The notes under the pieces: generated by a model
The model's input: the letters and a program-made list of their open reading frames with translations, nothing else
What the model was told of the DNA's origin: nothing
Databases searched by the model: none
In this document: positions 18,330-28,686 of the stretch, piece by piece
Position numbering within the stretch: position 1 is the first letter of the stretch
Layout of the letters: each line of letters begins with the position of its first letter
IMG/VR virus record: IMGVR_UViG_3300043464_001711
Location: 29,998-93,997 of that record
Length of the DNA: 64,000 nt
Source of the DNA: a virus
Strand: one strand, 5' to 3'
Program-made: the position numbers and the translations under genes

Positions 18330-21314
18330 ATGGCAATTAGAAACACAAGACTTATATTAAAAAATTCTGATATTGTTAATAGGCCACTACCCTCTAGTTT
18401 ATTAAAGGGTGAGGCTATTGTTAACACTGCTGATGGTATAGTATTATTTTCGGGAGTTACTACATCTACGGCTGAATGGACACCGGCTGGAACAGGTACA
18501 ACAGCTAATTTCTTTGAGGTTGGTTCTAACCTTTATGATTTAAAGATTAGAAATCAAATCACATCGTATAATAATTTAACAAATCTTTCTGGTAAATTTC
18601 TTTCTGGAACAACTAATGGTTTTGTTTTAGCTGATATAGCTGATATAGCTAACACATCTGATAGTTATGTTACTGGGGCAACATGGTCACCTAACACTTT
18701 AACATTAAAACATAACTTAAATAGACCAGATGTCACTGTAACCATTAATGACTTTAATAACGTTTCTTTATACGGTACAACAAATGTTAATGGTGATTTA
18801 ACTGTCACTGGAACAACAACGTTAAATGGTCCAGCTTATTATAACAATACTGCATCAGTTTCAAATGAAATTGTTAATTATGGTTTATTAACAGCGTTTT
18901 CACAAACAAACGATGTTTATGTAACAGGTAATACATTAACAGCGGCTAATGATAATACAGCAACACAATCAGCTCAATTAGAATATCATGGTGTCCCTGT
19001 TGGTGGACCTTATTTCATAACAACTGAAAACACATTCACAACAGGTGGTACATGGAACTCAGGTTCAACCTCAATTGATTTCACAAGAAACGATGGGGTT
19101 ACTTATAGCGTTAATTTATCTAACATTGATGTTAATGATACTTACGTGACAGGTGGTACGGTAACTTCATTAGGTGATTTAGATTTATTTAGAAATGATG
19201 GTGTAACTGTAACAGTACCAAAAGTTACCTATTGGACATCAGGTTCTACAGGTAGTTTTTCAATTAAAGCTATTAATGGTTCTGGTCTTGATTCCACAGG
19301 AGATAGATCGGTATCGTGGGGTAATCAAACGTTAGCTTCAGGTCAAGACTCAACGGCTTGGGGTGTTCAGACATCAGCGACAACTTTAGGAAGTACCGCT
19401 AGTGGTTATCAAACATTAGCAAGTGGAAATTATTCACACGCAGAAGGTTATACTACAACAGCATCTGGTTCATTTTCACACGCAGAAGGTGCTACTACAA
19501 CAGCTAGTGGGAATGGTTCACACGCTGAAGGTCAAAATACAACCGCATCTGGAGATTATTCACACGCCGAAGGTGGTACTACAATAGCCTCCGGTTCATA
19601 TTCACACGCTGAAGGTGCTACTACAACAGCTAGTGGTGATGCTTCACATGCTGAGGGTGGTGGTACATTGGCTAGTGCTATTGCTTCACATGCCGAAGGT
19701 TTAGAAACAACAGCTAGTGGTTATGCATCACATTCTGAAGGTTATCAAACAACAGCTAGTGGCATTTATTGTCACGCTGAAGGTTGGTTGACCTCAGCAA
19801 CGACTGTTGGTTCTCACGCTGAAGGTTATATAACTTTAGCTAATGGTGATGGTTCTCACGCTGAAGGTGGTCAAACAATTGCTTCTGGTCAATACTCACA
19901 CGCTGAAGGTCAATTAACTTTGTCCGTTGGTAATTACTCACACGCTGAAGGTGGTAGTACAACTTCTTCTGGTGGTTACTCACATGCTGAAGGTTATGGA
20001 ACATCAGCAACAACAACAGGTTCCCATGCTGAAGGTTATCAAACATTAACTAGTGGTGATTATTCTCACGCAGAAGGACATCAGACAACGGCTTTAAGTA
20101 ATTATTCTCACGCAGAAGGTTATTTAACAACAGCTTCAAATATAGGAGCACATGCTGAAGGTAGAAATACAACAGCCAGTGGATTGTATTCTCACGCTGA
20201 GGGTGCTAATACACTAACAAATGTGTATGGATCACACGCTGAAGGTTTTAGTACAACAACAAATGGATTGTATTCTCACGCAGAAGGTAGTAACACAACA
20301 GCTAATGGTTCTTTTTCACATTCACAAGGTTCTGGAACAACTGCTTCAGGAATAGCTTCTTTCGCTTCAGGTGTTAAATCTATAGCACAAAGTGATTATT
20401 CATTCATACATTCAGAAAATTCAGTAGTTAATGGACAAAGAAGTGTTGTGTTAGGGGGTCAAAATATTACAGGATCAACAAACGATACGGTTTATGTTCC
20501 TTACTTGAATTTAAACCTTACACCAACACTTAATAACTCAAATACAGAAATATTAAGTAGAAACACAGGAACAGGTCAAGTTGAATATACTCCGTTAAGT
20601 GCTTTCACATCACTCGACACATTTGTAACAGGTTTCACTTACAACCCTAATAATAACACATTTACAATTTCTCAAAACCAAGGTCAACCTAATTTAACAG
20701 CATCAATTGATACAGTATCAGGATTAACTATTTCAAACTTAACAGCTGGTAGAGTTGTTTATGTTGGGTCAGGTGGTTTATTAACAGATGAGGCTGGATT
20801 TGAATATAATGATGGTACAAACTTATTAACAGTTGGTAATATCAATGTTACAAACGCATCAGGAACAACAGCTACAATAGGACAAGGTGGATTAGTAATT
20901 GGTTCAGGTGGTTCTTTTTCGGTACCTGGTGTTGGTAGTTTAACAGTTCACGGTGATTTAACTGTTTTTGGTGATACTACAACAATATCTACTAGTGAAC
21001 TTTACGTTGAGGACCCACAAATCACTTTGAACTATAACCCAACCGGTAATACTTCAATAACTTCAATAGCTTCAGGTTTAAGAATCCAAGATGGTGACGG
21101 TTTAGGGAACGATGTTCTTTATACTGTAGCACAAATGAACACCTTTACAGGTGGTTCAGTAGCAGAATACACAGGAGCCGACGGATACACGAATAGAGCT
21201 TTCTTAACTCAATTAAATGATATTGTTATTAGAAATACAAATAGTAACAATGGAGCACCTGACGGAGTAAGAGTACTGGCCGAATTTGATACGTTAGATG
21301 GGGGATCTTATTAA
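18330..21314 (+). CDS. Tail fibre/adhesin with YadA-head-like repeats
   Basis: N-terminal LLKGEAIVNTAD; 22 SHAEG repeats; C-terminal DTLDGGSY. Confidence 0.8.
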   Translation: MAIRNTRLILKNSDIVNRPLPSSLLKGEAIVNTADGIVLFSGVTTSTAEWTPAGTGTTANFFEVGSNLYDLKIRNQITSYNNLTNLSGKFLSGTTNGFVLADIADIANTSDSYVTGATWSPNTLTLKHNLNRPDVTVTINDFNNVSLYGTTNVNGDLTVTGTTTLNGPAYYNNTASVSNEIVNYGLLTAFSQTNDVYVTGNTLTAANDNTATQSAQLEYHGVPVGGPYFITTENTFTTGGTWNSGSTSIDFTRNDGVTYSVNLSNIDVNDTYVTGGTVTSLGDLDLFRNDGVTVTVPKVTYWTSGSTGSFSIKAINGSGLDSTGDRSVSWGNQTLASGQDSTAWGVQTSATTLGSTASGYQTLASGNYSHAEGYTTTASGSFSHAEGATTTASGNGSHAEGQNTTASGDYSHAEGGTTIASGSYSHAEGATTTASGDASHAEGGGTLASAIASHAEGLETTASGYASHSEGYQTTASGIYCHAEGWLTSATTVGSHAEGYITLANGDGSHAEGGQTIASGQYSHAEGQLTLSVGNYSHAEGGSTTSSGGYSHAEGYGTSATTTGSHAEGYQTLTSGDYSHAEGHQTTALSNYSHAEGYLTTASNIGAHAEGRNTTASGLYSHAEGANTLTNVYGSHAEGFSTTTNGLYSHAEGSNTTANGSFSHSQGSGTTASGIASFASGVKSIAQSDYSFIHSENSVVNGQRSVVLGGQNITGSTNDTVYVPYLNLNLTPTLNNSNTEILSRNTGTGQVEYTPLSAFTSLDTFVTGFTYNPNNNTFTISQNQGQPNLTASIDTVSGLTISNLTAGRVVYVGSGGLLTDEAGFEYNDGTNLLTVGNINVTNASGTTATIGQGGLVIGSGGSFSVPGVGSLTVHGDLTVFGDTTTISTSELYVEDPQITLNYNPTGNTSITSIASGLRIQDGDGLGNDVLYTVAQMNTFTGGSVAEYTGADGYTNRAFLTQLNDIVIRNTNSNNGAPDGVRVLAEFDTLDGGSY
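19434..20357 (+). repeat. 22 x 42-bp coding repeat (SHAEGxxTxASGxx)
   Basis: Counted from the translation; degenerate at DNA level. Confidence 0.9.
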
Positions 21315-21338
21315 GAGTTTAAAACTAAAATAAAAATT

Positions 21339-21364
21339 AAAGGAGGGGAAACCCTCCTTTTTTT
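21339..21364 (+). terminator. Intrinsic terminator
   Basis: AAAGGAGGG-GAAA-CCCTCCTTT followed by a T-run. Confidence 0.9.
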
Positions 21365-21403
21365 GTTATTCACATTTTTGTATTTGTAAATATTTTTAGG
21401 TTT

Positions 21404-22219
21404 ATGGTACAAAAAATATTCTTTCAAAGCTCACTGCCTAGAGCAGGTTCAACTTTATTACAAAATATAATAGGTCAAAATCCCGAATTTTATGTCACAC
21501 CCACTTCTGGTGTTTTAGAATTACTTTATGCGTCAAGAAGTAATTATACAAATTCACCAGAATTTAAAGCTCAAGATACCCAATTAATGAGTCAAGGTTT
21601 TACCTCTTATTGTAGAAGTGGTTTAGAAGGTTTTTTTAATGGTATAACAGATAAACCTTATGTCCTAGATAAAAGTCGTGGGTGGGGGATTCATTACCAT
21701 TTTTTAAACTCTTTCTATCCTGACCCAAAAGTCATTTGTATGGTTAGGGATTTAAGAGGAGTATTTTCCTCAATGGAAAAAAATTTTAGAAAAAATCAAG
21801 ATAAAGATTCAGGAATTGTTAATCATTCACAAATGAAAGGTACAACCACAGAAAAAAGAGTAGACATTTGGGCAAACACACAGCCCGTAGGTCTTGCAAT
21901 AGAAAGAATCTACCAAATGATTAGAGAAGGTATTGATCAAAAAATACTTTTTATAAAATTTGAGTATTTCTGTTCAAACCCAAAACAAGAAATGGTAAAA
22001 ATATATGATTTTTTAGAATTACCTTATTATGATCACGATTTTAACAATGTAGAACAAATAACACAAGAAGATGATTCTGTTTATGGTATTTATGGTGATC
22101 ATACGATAAAAAAAGAAATTAAACCATTAAAGGATGATTATAAAGAAGTATTAGGTCCGGGTATTTGTAATGGTATTAAAGAAAAATATAAATGGTATTA
22201 CGAATTTTTTAATTACTAA
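21404..22219 (+). CDS. Sulfotransferase-family protein
   Basis: 5'-PSB motif SSLPRAGSTLL, DKSR, 3'-PB motif MVRDLRGVFSS. Confidence 0.85.
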   Translation: MVQKIFFQSSLPRAGSTLLQNIIGQNPEFYVTPTSGVLELLYASRSNYTNSPEFKAQDTQLMSQGFTSYCRSGLEGFFNGITDKPYVLDKSRGWGIHYHFLNSFYPDPKVICMVRDLRGVFSSMEKNFRKNQDKDSGIVNHSQMKGTTTEKRVDIWANTQPVGLAIERIYQMIREGIDQKILFIKFEYFCSNPKQEMVKIYDFLELPYYDHDFNNVEQITQEDDSVYGIYGDHTIKKEIKPLKDDYKEVLGPGICNGIKEKYKWYYEFFNY

Positions 22220-22291
22220 TACTATTTATTATTTAAAGGTTCATATAACCATAAATAACACCTTAAATAAGGTTACATAATAGTCATAAAT

Positions 22292-25200
22292 ATGGCAAAA
22301 AGACAAAATACATTCCTTTTAAAAAGGTCTAATGTACCTGGAAAAATACCATCTCCCGGTGATTTACAATTAGGTGAATTAGCATTAAATACGGCAGATG
22401 TTATTTTATATGCATCAGGAACAACATCCAATCAAATATTACCAATCGGATGGGACAGGTTATCAATCTTATCAGGTGGTACTGTCAATGGTAATGTTAA
22501 TATAAATGGATCAATTTCAGCAACAACATATTTAAATTTACCTTCATTTTCTGGTGATTATTTACCATTAAGTGGTGGTACAGTTTATGGTGAAACATTT
22601 TTTACAAGTGGGATAACTTCCAATGCCATATATACTGATTATATTGACTTTAATACAAACCCAATAGTTCCATTAGTGACAGGTGGAACATTATATTTTG
22701 ATTCAAATGAAAATGCGTTATCATATAAACCAATAACAAATCAAAATGATGTTACGGTTAACTTGGGTCAAGAAAGTTTAATTAGGATTTATAATGATTT
22801 ACCAACAACAATACTTAACGGACAGGTTTTACATATAACTGGTGCAACTAGTGGGGTACCTACAGTTGCATTAGCTAACGCATCAAAATTAGGGACATCA
22901 TTTTTAAATAGTTTAGCCCAAAGTTCTGGTGTTGCGACTCATGACATACCAAGTGGTGAATATGGTTTTATGACCAATTTTGGTATTGTTAGAGATTTAA
23001 ATACGAGTGCGTTTACTGTGGGTCAAGAAGTATTTTTATCTGATACAATTGATGGTGGTTTAACTAATGACCCTGACTCTATTGAATTCTCGTCAAGGAT
23101 ATCAACTGTTGGTTATTGTTTGGAGTCACATCCAACAACAGGTAAAATTTTAGTGGTAATATCTAATGAAAACTCACTACAAAGTTTAACACAACAAGAA
23201 ATAAATGTATTACTAGGGAATGTCATTTCGACAGGTGTATATGATTATACGGGAATGACTAAGGCCTCTTCAACAACAGTAAATGTTGCTCCAATGAGAG
23301 GGTGGATTGTTTTTAATACGGATGAAAGGGCGACTGATCCATTAGTATTAAATGTCTATTATAGTGGTGGAACAAATATTCCTGTAACAAACATTAACTC
23401 ATCTTTAGATACTTACTTTTTGGTAAATAGTGGTGGAACTTTATTCCAGCAAACAACTTTTCCAACACCAGTAGAAAGAAGAGATAATATATTTTTAGGT
23501 AGAGCAGTTCACCCAAATAAAACTGATATACTTAACGTAGAACAAAGTGTTGATTATGATGTATCCCCATTATCATCATTAAGGGATTTATGGACACCAA
23601 TTAGATTAATTAATCAAGGTGTTATTATTTCAAATAATGGTGCTAATTTAACATTTAAAACCTCATCAGGTACTTTTTGGGGTAATGGTATTGGTTGGGA
23701 CACAAATCAAAAAAATCCTAACTCAATAACAGTTCCAGCTCAAATACCTGCAGTATTTTATTATACAACACAAACAGGTGGAACATTCACAACAACGGCA
23801 TCAACTATAGATACCACAAGTTATGACGTTAATGGTATAATAACACCAATACCGGGGTCTGGTAACTATTCAACTCAAAGAATTTATATGTCCCAAAGTG
23901 GTGTTATAAGAATACAATACGGACAAGTGGTTTATCCAACTTTAGCAAAGGCTATTGCTGCACTACCAAGTGAACTTTTTGTTGAAAACGCGGATAATGC
24001 GATAGATTGTATTTTAATTGGTACATTAACTGTGAAAGATGGTGCTGGTGATTTAAGTAATACTGATGATGCGGTATTTTCACTTGTTTCTAAATTTGGT
24101 GAAGTTCTTGGTGGTACTGCCGGTATATCAACAACAACATTACAACAAGCATATAATAATTCAGTTAATCCTGAAATCACAACAAACACCACTTTAGGTA
24201 GTGTTCAGTTTAGAGGTGGGACCGGAAGTAACACAGATAAAAATATATCAATTGAAAATAATTCTGGTATAGAAACAGCATTTATTAGAGCAGATGGTTA
24301 TGGTAAATTTACAACTTTATCAGCAACAACAATTGGTGCTTCAGGAAACTGTGTGACTGATTTATATATATCAAATATACGTTCTTGTTCACCATTAAAC
24401 GTCCAACCAAATAATGAGGGTAATGTTTATTTTGGGTCTACAAGTGCGGTTACCATTGATTTAGCAAATAATAGATTAGGGGTTGGGATTGCAAATCCAA
24501 CAGCAAAACTACACGTTAACAATACAGGTTCTGGTAACTCATTCTTAGTAGAAGATGATACGAATCCAGATTCAACACCATTTGTAATTGATTCTATAGG
24601 ACGTGTTGGTATTGGTACAACAAACCCAGGTGAAAAAGTATCCATAGTAGATGGTAGTCAATTTATATGGGGGTCAGGTAATACTAATACCGGTTTAAGA
24701 TTACAATATGGGTTAGGTACATCTTTTTGGGTTAATACTCCTTCTGGTGGTACTATGTCAATAGGAGGTATTGGAACGTCTGCACCATCATCTGGTGTAA
24801 TAAATATCACTAGTACAGGTAACGTTGGTATCGGTATACCTACCCCAACCGAAAAATTACATGTCGCTGGTAACGCTTTAATAACAGGAACAACATTCAC
24901 AGGAAACTTAATAGTTACTGGTGGAACTGGTATTAACTGGATAAGTGGATCAACTTCCACTGATATTTTAAGAATTACACAAACAGGTAATGGTAACGCT
25001 CTTGTTGTGGAGGATTCAACAAATCCTGACTCATCACCGTTTGTAGTAGATGCCGCTGGTAATGTTGCTGTAGGTTCTGGTTCTGCATCTAACAAATTTA
25101 TTGTTAGTAACGGTACAAATGATGTGTTCACAGTTAATACTGTTAATAGTACAGTATGGGCAAGGGGTGCTGGAAATGTATCTTCTAATACTTCTTTTGG

Positions 25201-25846
25201 AGAGAATGCACTGGATTCAAATACAACAGGAACAAGTAACACCGCTTTTGGTCAGAATGCATTAACAACTGTAACAACTGGGTCTAATAATAGTGCATTC
25301 GGAAGGGCGGCATTACAATCCTCAAATGGCAATGAGAACGGTGGCTTTGGAATATCATCTTTAATTTTTCTTTCATCTGGCAATAGTAATGTTGGTTTAG
25401 GTTTTCAATCTGGAATTTACATTACTGATGGTGTGACACAATTAACAAACGCAGGTTCTTCTATTTTTATAGGCGCAAACACTAAAGCACTAGACAATAA
25501 CCAAACTAATCAAATAGTAATTGGTCACAACACTACAGGTAACGGATCAAATTCAGTGACACTTGGTAATGATTCAATCACAAAAACAATCCTACAAGGT
25601 AACGTTGGGATTAACACAACAACACCATCAGAAAAATTACAAGTATCTGGTAATACAATAGTATCAGGAACAATAAGTGGTGGGACTATGGTGATAACAA
25701 CACAACCAACAAGTGGTTACACATCAACACAAATATTGATGAGAAACTCTACTTCAGGGGAAGTTGAAATAACTGATAGCACTTCTCCATCAATATATAA
25801 CTACGGTATGACATATGTAATGTCAACATTTAACTATTTAACATAA
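22292..25846 (+). CDS. Long tail fibre/receptor-binding protein
   Basis: N-terminal LKRSNVPGKIPSPGDLQLGELALNTAD; repeated GNVGIGxxxPxEKL units; NTAFG beta-roll repeats. Confidence 0.75.
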   Translation: MAKRQNTFLLKRSNVPGKIPSPGDLQLGELALNTADVILYASGTTSNQILPIGWDRLSILSGGTVNGNVNINGSISATTYLNLPSFSGDYLPLSGGTVYGETFFTSGITSNAIYTDYIDFNTNPIVPLVTGGTLYFDSNENALSYKPITNQNDVTVNLGQESLIRIYNDLPTTILNGQVLHITGATSGVPTVALANASKLGTSFLNSLAQSSGVATHDIPSGEYGFMTNFGIVRDLNTSAFTVGQEVFLSDTIDGGLTNDPDSIEFSSRISTVGYCLESHPTTGKILVVISNENSLQSLTQQEINVLLGNVISTGVYDYTGMTKASSTTVNVAPMRGWIVFNTDERATDPLVLNVYYSGGTNIPVTNINSSLDTYFLVNSGGTLFQQTTFPTPVERRDNIFLGRAVHPNKTDILNVEQSVDYDVSPLSSLRDLWTPIRLINQGVIISNNGANLTFKTSSGTFWGNGIGWDTNQKNPNSITVPAQIPAVFYYTTQTGGTFTTTASTIDTTSYDVNGIITPIPGSGNYSTQRIYMSQSGVIRIQYGQVVYPTLAKAIAALPSELFVENADNAIDCILIGTLTVKDGAGDLSNTDDAVFSLVSKFGEVLGGTAGISTTTLQQAYNNSVNPEITTNTTLGSVQFRGGTGSNTDKNISIENNSGIETAFIRADGYGKFTTLSATTIGASGNCVTDLYISNIRSCSPLNVQPNNEGNVYFGSTSAVTIDLANNRLGVGIANPTAKLHVNNTGSGNSFLVEDDTNPDSTPFVIDSIGRVGIGTTNPGEKVSIVDGSQFIWGSGNTNTGLRLQYGLGTSFWVNTPSGGTMSIGGIGTSAPSSGVINITSTGNVGIGIPTPTEKLHVAGNALITGTTFTGNLIVTGGTGINWISGSTSTDILRITQTGNGNALVVEDSTNPDSSPFVVDAAGNVAVGSGSASNKFIVSNGTNDVFTVNTVNSTVWARGAGNVSSNTSFGENALDSNTTGTSNTAFGQNALTTVTTGSNNSAFGRAALQSSNGNENGGFGISSLIFLSSGNSNVGLGFQSGIYITDGVTQLTNAGSSIFIGANTKALDNNQTNQIVIGHNTTGNGSNSVTLGNDSITKTILQGNVGINTTTPSEKLQVSGNTIVSGTISGGTMVITTQPTSGYTSTQILMRNSTSGEVEITDSTSPSIYNYGMTYVMSTFNYLT

Positions 25847-25871
25847 CAATAAATTTAATATATTTTAAAAA

Positions 25872-26297
25872 ATGCCAGCAAATAACCAACCAATTTTTAC
25901 AAGGACACCGGATATTCAGTGGACGGTATCCGCAATGACTGTAGCTAACACAACTACAGATTTAACAGCAGGAACCATTTATTTGGCTTTCACAGCCGAT
26001 GCAACTAATGGTGGATATGTACAGAGAATACGTTTTAGAACTTTGGGGACTAATACAAATGCAACAGTTGCTCGTGTATGGGTTAATAATGGATTAACAA
26101 CCGCAACTGCGGCAAATAACACATTAATAGATGAAATAACATTGCCAAATACAATAGTATCACAAGTTGCTGCACAGGCGAATTATGAACTACCATTAAA
26201 CTTTGCGTTACCAGCGGGTTATAGAATTTATATAACATTAGGTACTGCACCTACATCTGCCGGATGGGAAGCGACAGTAATCGGAGGAAAATATTAA
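25872..26297 (+). CDS. Putative tail-fibre-associated protein
   Basis: 141-aa beta-rich ORF after the fibre gene. Confidence 0.55.
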   Translation: MPANNQPIFTRTPDIQWTVSAMTVANTTTDLTAGTIYLAFTADATNGGYVQRIRFRTLGTNTNATVARVWVNNGLTTATAANNTLIDEITLPNTIVSQVAAQANYELPLNFALPAGYRIYITLGTAPTSAGWEATVIGGKY

Positions 26298-26301
26298 CGT
26301 T

Positions 26302-26481
26302 ATGAAATATAGTTTATGTGAGTTTGAATATGGATATGATGGTCAGTTTTATCAAGAAAGTGATCAAAATGGACTAGTTAGATTTATGGATTTAAATTGT
26401 AACACTTTGGAATTAATACCTCCATATGGGTATTATGTCGTTGACGATAGCATACCAACACCTGATTGTATAATAGATTAA
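26302..26481 (+). CDS. 59-aa acidic protein missed by the ORF track (MKYSLCEFEYGYDG...PDCIID)
   Basis: Open frame that fills the gap between its neighbours with short spacers. Confidence 0.65.
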   Translation: MKYSLCEFEYGYDGQFYQESDQNGLVRFMDLNCNTLELIPPYGYYVVDDSIPTPDCIID

Positions 26482-26486
26482 TATGT

Positions 26487-27422
26487 ATGATAGATTATTC
26501 AAATATACCATCAATAACTAACCATCAAACTTTTTTTGCTTTAGGTTCAACTACTTGGCAAACTTGGCAAAAACCAAGAAACTGTAAGTTTGTTTATATT
26601 ACAGTTATTGGAGGAGGGGGTGGGGGTGGTTCATCTTCAAATGTCGCCGGAAATGGTGGTGGAGGAGGTGGGGGTGGTTCATCCGCAATTACTAATATAT
26701 TAATACCTTCAGTATTACTACCAGATACCTTATACGTACAAGTTGGACTTGGAGGTGCTGGTGGTACATCTGGTGGTGATGGTGGTTTTGGTGGTCAATC
26801 TTTTGTTTCAATTAGCCCCTCAACGACCGCTATTGATGTTATTATTAGGACATCTACTACCGCAGCTCTTGGTGGTTTTGGGGGTGACTCTGGTGCTGGT
26901 GGTATTGGTGGTAATGGGGGTACACCTTTTACTCAAACCGCTGGATTTTTATCATCACTTGGTATTTGGAATAGTAGAGTTGGTGATGCTGGTGCTACTG
27001 GTGGTTTTGGTTCTTCTGGTGCTGGAGGTTCTAAAACAGCTTTAGCTAATTTTCCACTTTGTGGAGGTGCTGGTGGGGGTGGAAAAACATCTACTACTAA
27101 TTTTGCTGGTGGTTCTATATTGGCAGGTGGTGTTTTAGGTAGAGTTGCCGGAGGTACCGGTGGGGGTGGTGCTGCTAGTGCTGGTTCTAAAGGATTAATA
27201 ACAATAACCCCAAATTTATTAACTTATTCATCAACTGAATTTCCATTTGCAACAACAGGTGGTTCAGGTGGTGGAAGTAATGTTACCATTAGTGGTGGTG
27301 GTGGAAATGGAGGTGCTGGTGAAATAGGTTCTGGTGGCGGGGGTTCTGGAGCTATAGATGGTGGTACTGGTAGAGTTGGGGGTAGAGGTGGTGATGGAAT
27401 TGTATTTATAACAACATTTTAA
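26487..27422 (+). CDS. Glycine-rich virion protein, paralogue 1 (start revised to ATG 26487)
   Basis: WQKPRNCKFVYITVIGGGG...GGRGGDGIVFITT. Confidence 0.75.
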   Translation: MIDYSNIPSITNHQTFFALGSTTWQTWQKPRNCKFVYITVIGGGGGGGSSSNVAGNGGGGGGGGSSAITNILIPSVLLPDTLYVQVGLGGAGGTSGGDGGFGGQSFVSISPSTTAIDVIIRTSTTAALGGFGGDSGAGGIGGNGGTPFTQTAGFLSSLGIWNSRVGDAGATGGFGSSGAGGSKTALANFPLCGGAGGGGKTSTTNFAGGSILAGGVLGRVAGGTGGGGAASAGSKGLITITPNLLTYSSTEFPFATTGGSGGGSNVTISGGGGNGGAGEIGSGGGGSGAIDGGTGRVGGRGGDGIVFITTF

Positions 27423-27434
27423 AATTTTTAATAT

Positions 27435-28397
27435 ATGATAGATGTTTTTAACATACCTAATATTGATACAAATGTACAAGTATTTTACACAAAAGGTTCA
27501 GGTGTTTGGCAAAATTGGGTGAAACCTAAAAACTGTAAATTTATAAACATTACCACGATAGGTGGTGGTTCTGGTGGAGGTGGTGGAAGAGGTTCCAACA
27601 GTAGTGCGGCCATCGGTGGTGGAGGTGGTGCGTCTTCATCGGTAACGACTGGTATTTTTCAGGCAAATTTATTGCCAGATACTTTATATATTCTTGTGGG
27701 TCCTGGTGGTACCGGTGGAACATCAGGTCCTGCAGGGTTTAGTGGTGGTACAGGTGGGGTGGGATCAATTTCATATGTATCAGTTTTACCATCAACCGCA
27801 TCAACATCAAATATTATTTTAGCAAGTGGTGCTGTAGCGGCCACTGGTGGTGCTGGTGGTGCAATAGGACCTGGTACTGCAAATGGAGGAACTGCTGGTA
27901 CAATATTTACGTCTACCAACGGTATTTTATCATCTTTAGGTATTGTAAATTCAATTGCAGGACAAAATGGTGCATTAGGTCGAAATATTACATTTGGTGA
28001 TAATATAGCGGTAATTAATATCGTAACTGGTGGAGCTGGTGGAGGAGGATCATCAAGTTCATTATCTTCTTATTCTGGAGGTTCAATTACTACTTCAGGA
28101 TTTATACCCCAACTTAATGGTGGTGCATTAGGTTTTGTTGCTAACGCTGGTGTTGGTAATTCCGGTTTTATTAGTTTGAATCCGTCATCTTTAACAACTT
28201 CAAGAACCCCATTTTTAACTACAGGCGGAGCTGGTGGTGGTGGAGCAACAAACAACGCTTCAGGTACATTCACAGGTGGAGACGGAGGTAATGGTGGATA
28301 TGGTTCAGGTGGTGCCGGTGGTGGAGGTTCGTATAATGGTGCAGGAGGTACTGGAGGTCGTGGTGGTGACGGTATAGTTATTATCACTTGTTGGTAA
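27435..28397 (+). CDS. Glycine-rich virion protein, paralogue 2
   Basis: WVKPKNCKFINITTIGGG...GGRGGDGIVIITCW. Confidence 0.75.
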   Translation: MIDVFNIPNIDTNVQVFYTKGSGVWQNWVKPKNCKFINITTIGGGSGGGGGRGSNSSAAIGGGGGASSSVTTGIFQANLLPDTLYILVGPGGTGGTSGPAGFSGGTGGVGSISYVSVLPSTASTSNIILASGAVAATGGAGGAIGPGTANGGTAGTIFTSTNGILSSLGIVNSIAGQNGALGRNITFGDNIAVINIVTGGAGGGGSSSSLSSYSGGSITTSGFIPQLNGGALGFVANAGVGNSGFISLNPSSLTTSRTPFLTTGGAGGGGATNNASGTFTGGDGGNGGYGSGGAGGGGSYNGAGGTGGRGGDGIVIITCW

Positions 28398-28547
28398 TTA
28401 TTCTCCGTAAATATCTACTTTAGTTTTACAAGCATCCTTAATTAATTTCTCAACAAAAGCAAACATTTTAAGACCGTTATTTTCACAATACTCTTTTAAT
28501 AGTTTATGTGTTTGTGGTGTTATTTTTAAATTTTTGTCCCTTTTCAT
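28398..28547 (-). CDS. 49-aa ribbon-helix-helix-like DNA-binding protein (not in the ORF track)
   Basis: MKRDKNLKITPQTHKLLKEYCENNGLKMFAFVEKLIKDACK...; TATTTATA just upstream. Confidence 0.7.
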   Translation of the reverse strand: MKRDKNLKITPQTHKLLKEYCENNGLKMFAFVEKLIKDACKTKVDIYGE

Positions 28548-28686
28548 GGTTTTTTAACTATAAATATGATAAAAATCATATTTGTGTCATACTATTTTTT
28601 GTTGTAGAATAACAAAAAAAATCTTTTGATAATTTCAACAATATTTATTTATAAAATAACGAAATAAAAAAAATAAAAAATTAAAA

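Noticed and set aside
19434-20357. CRISPR-like periodicity
   Set aside because: It is a degenerate 42-bp coding repeat with no fixed repeat and spacer structure.
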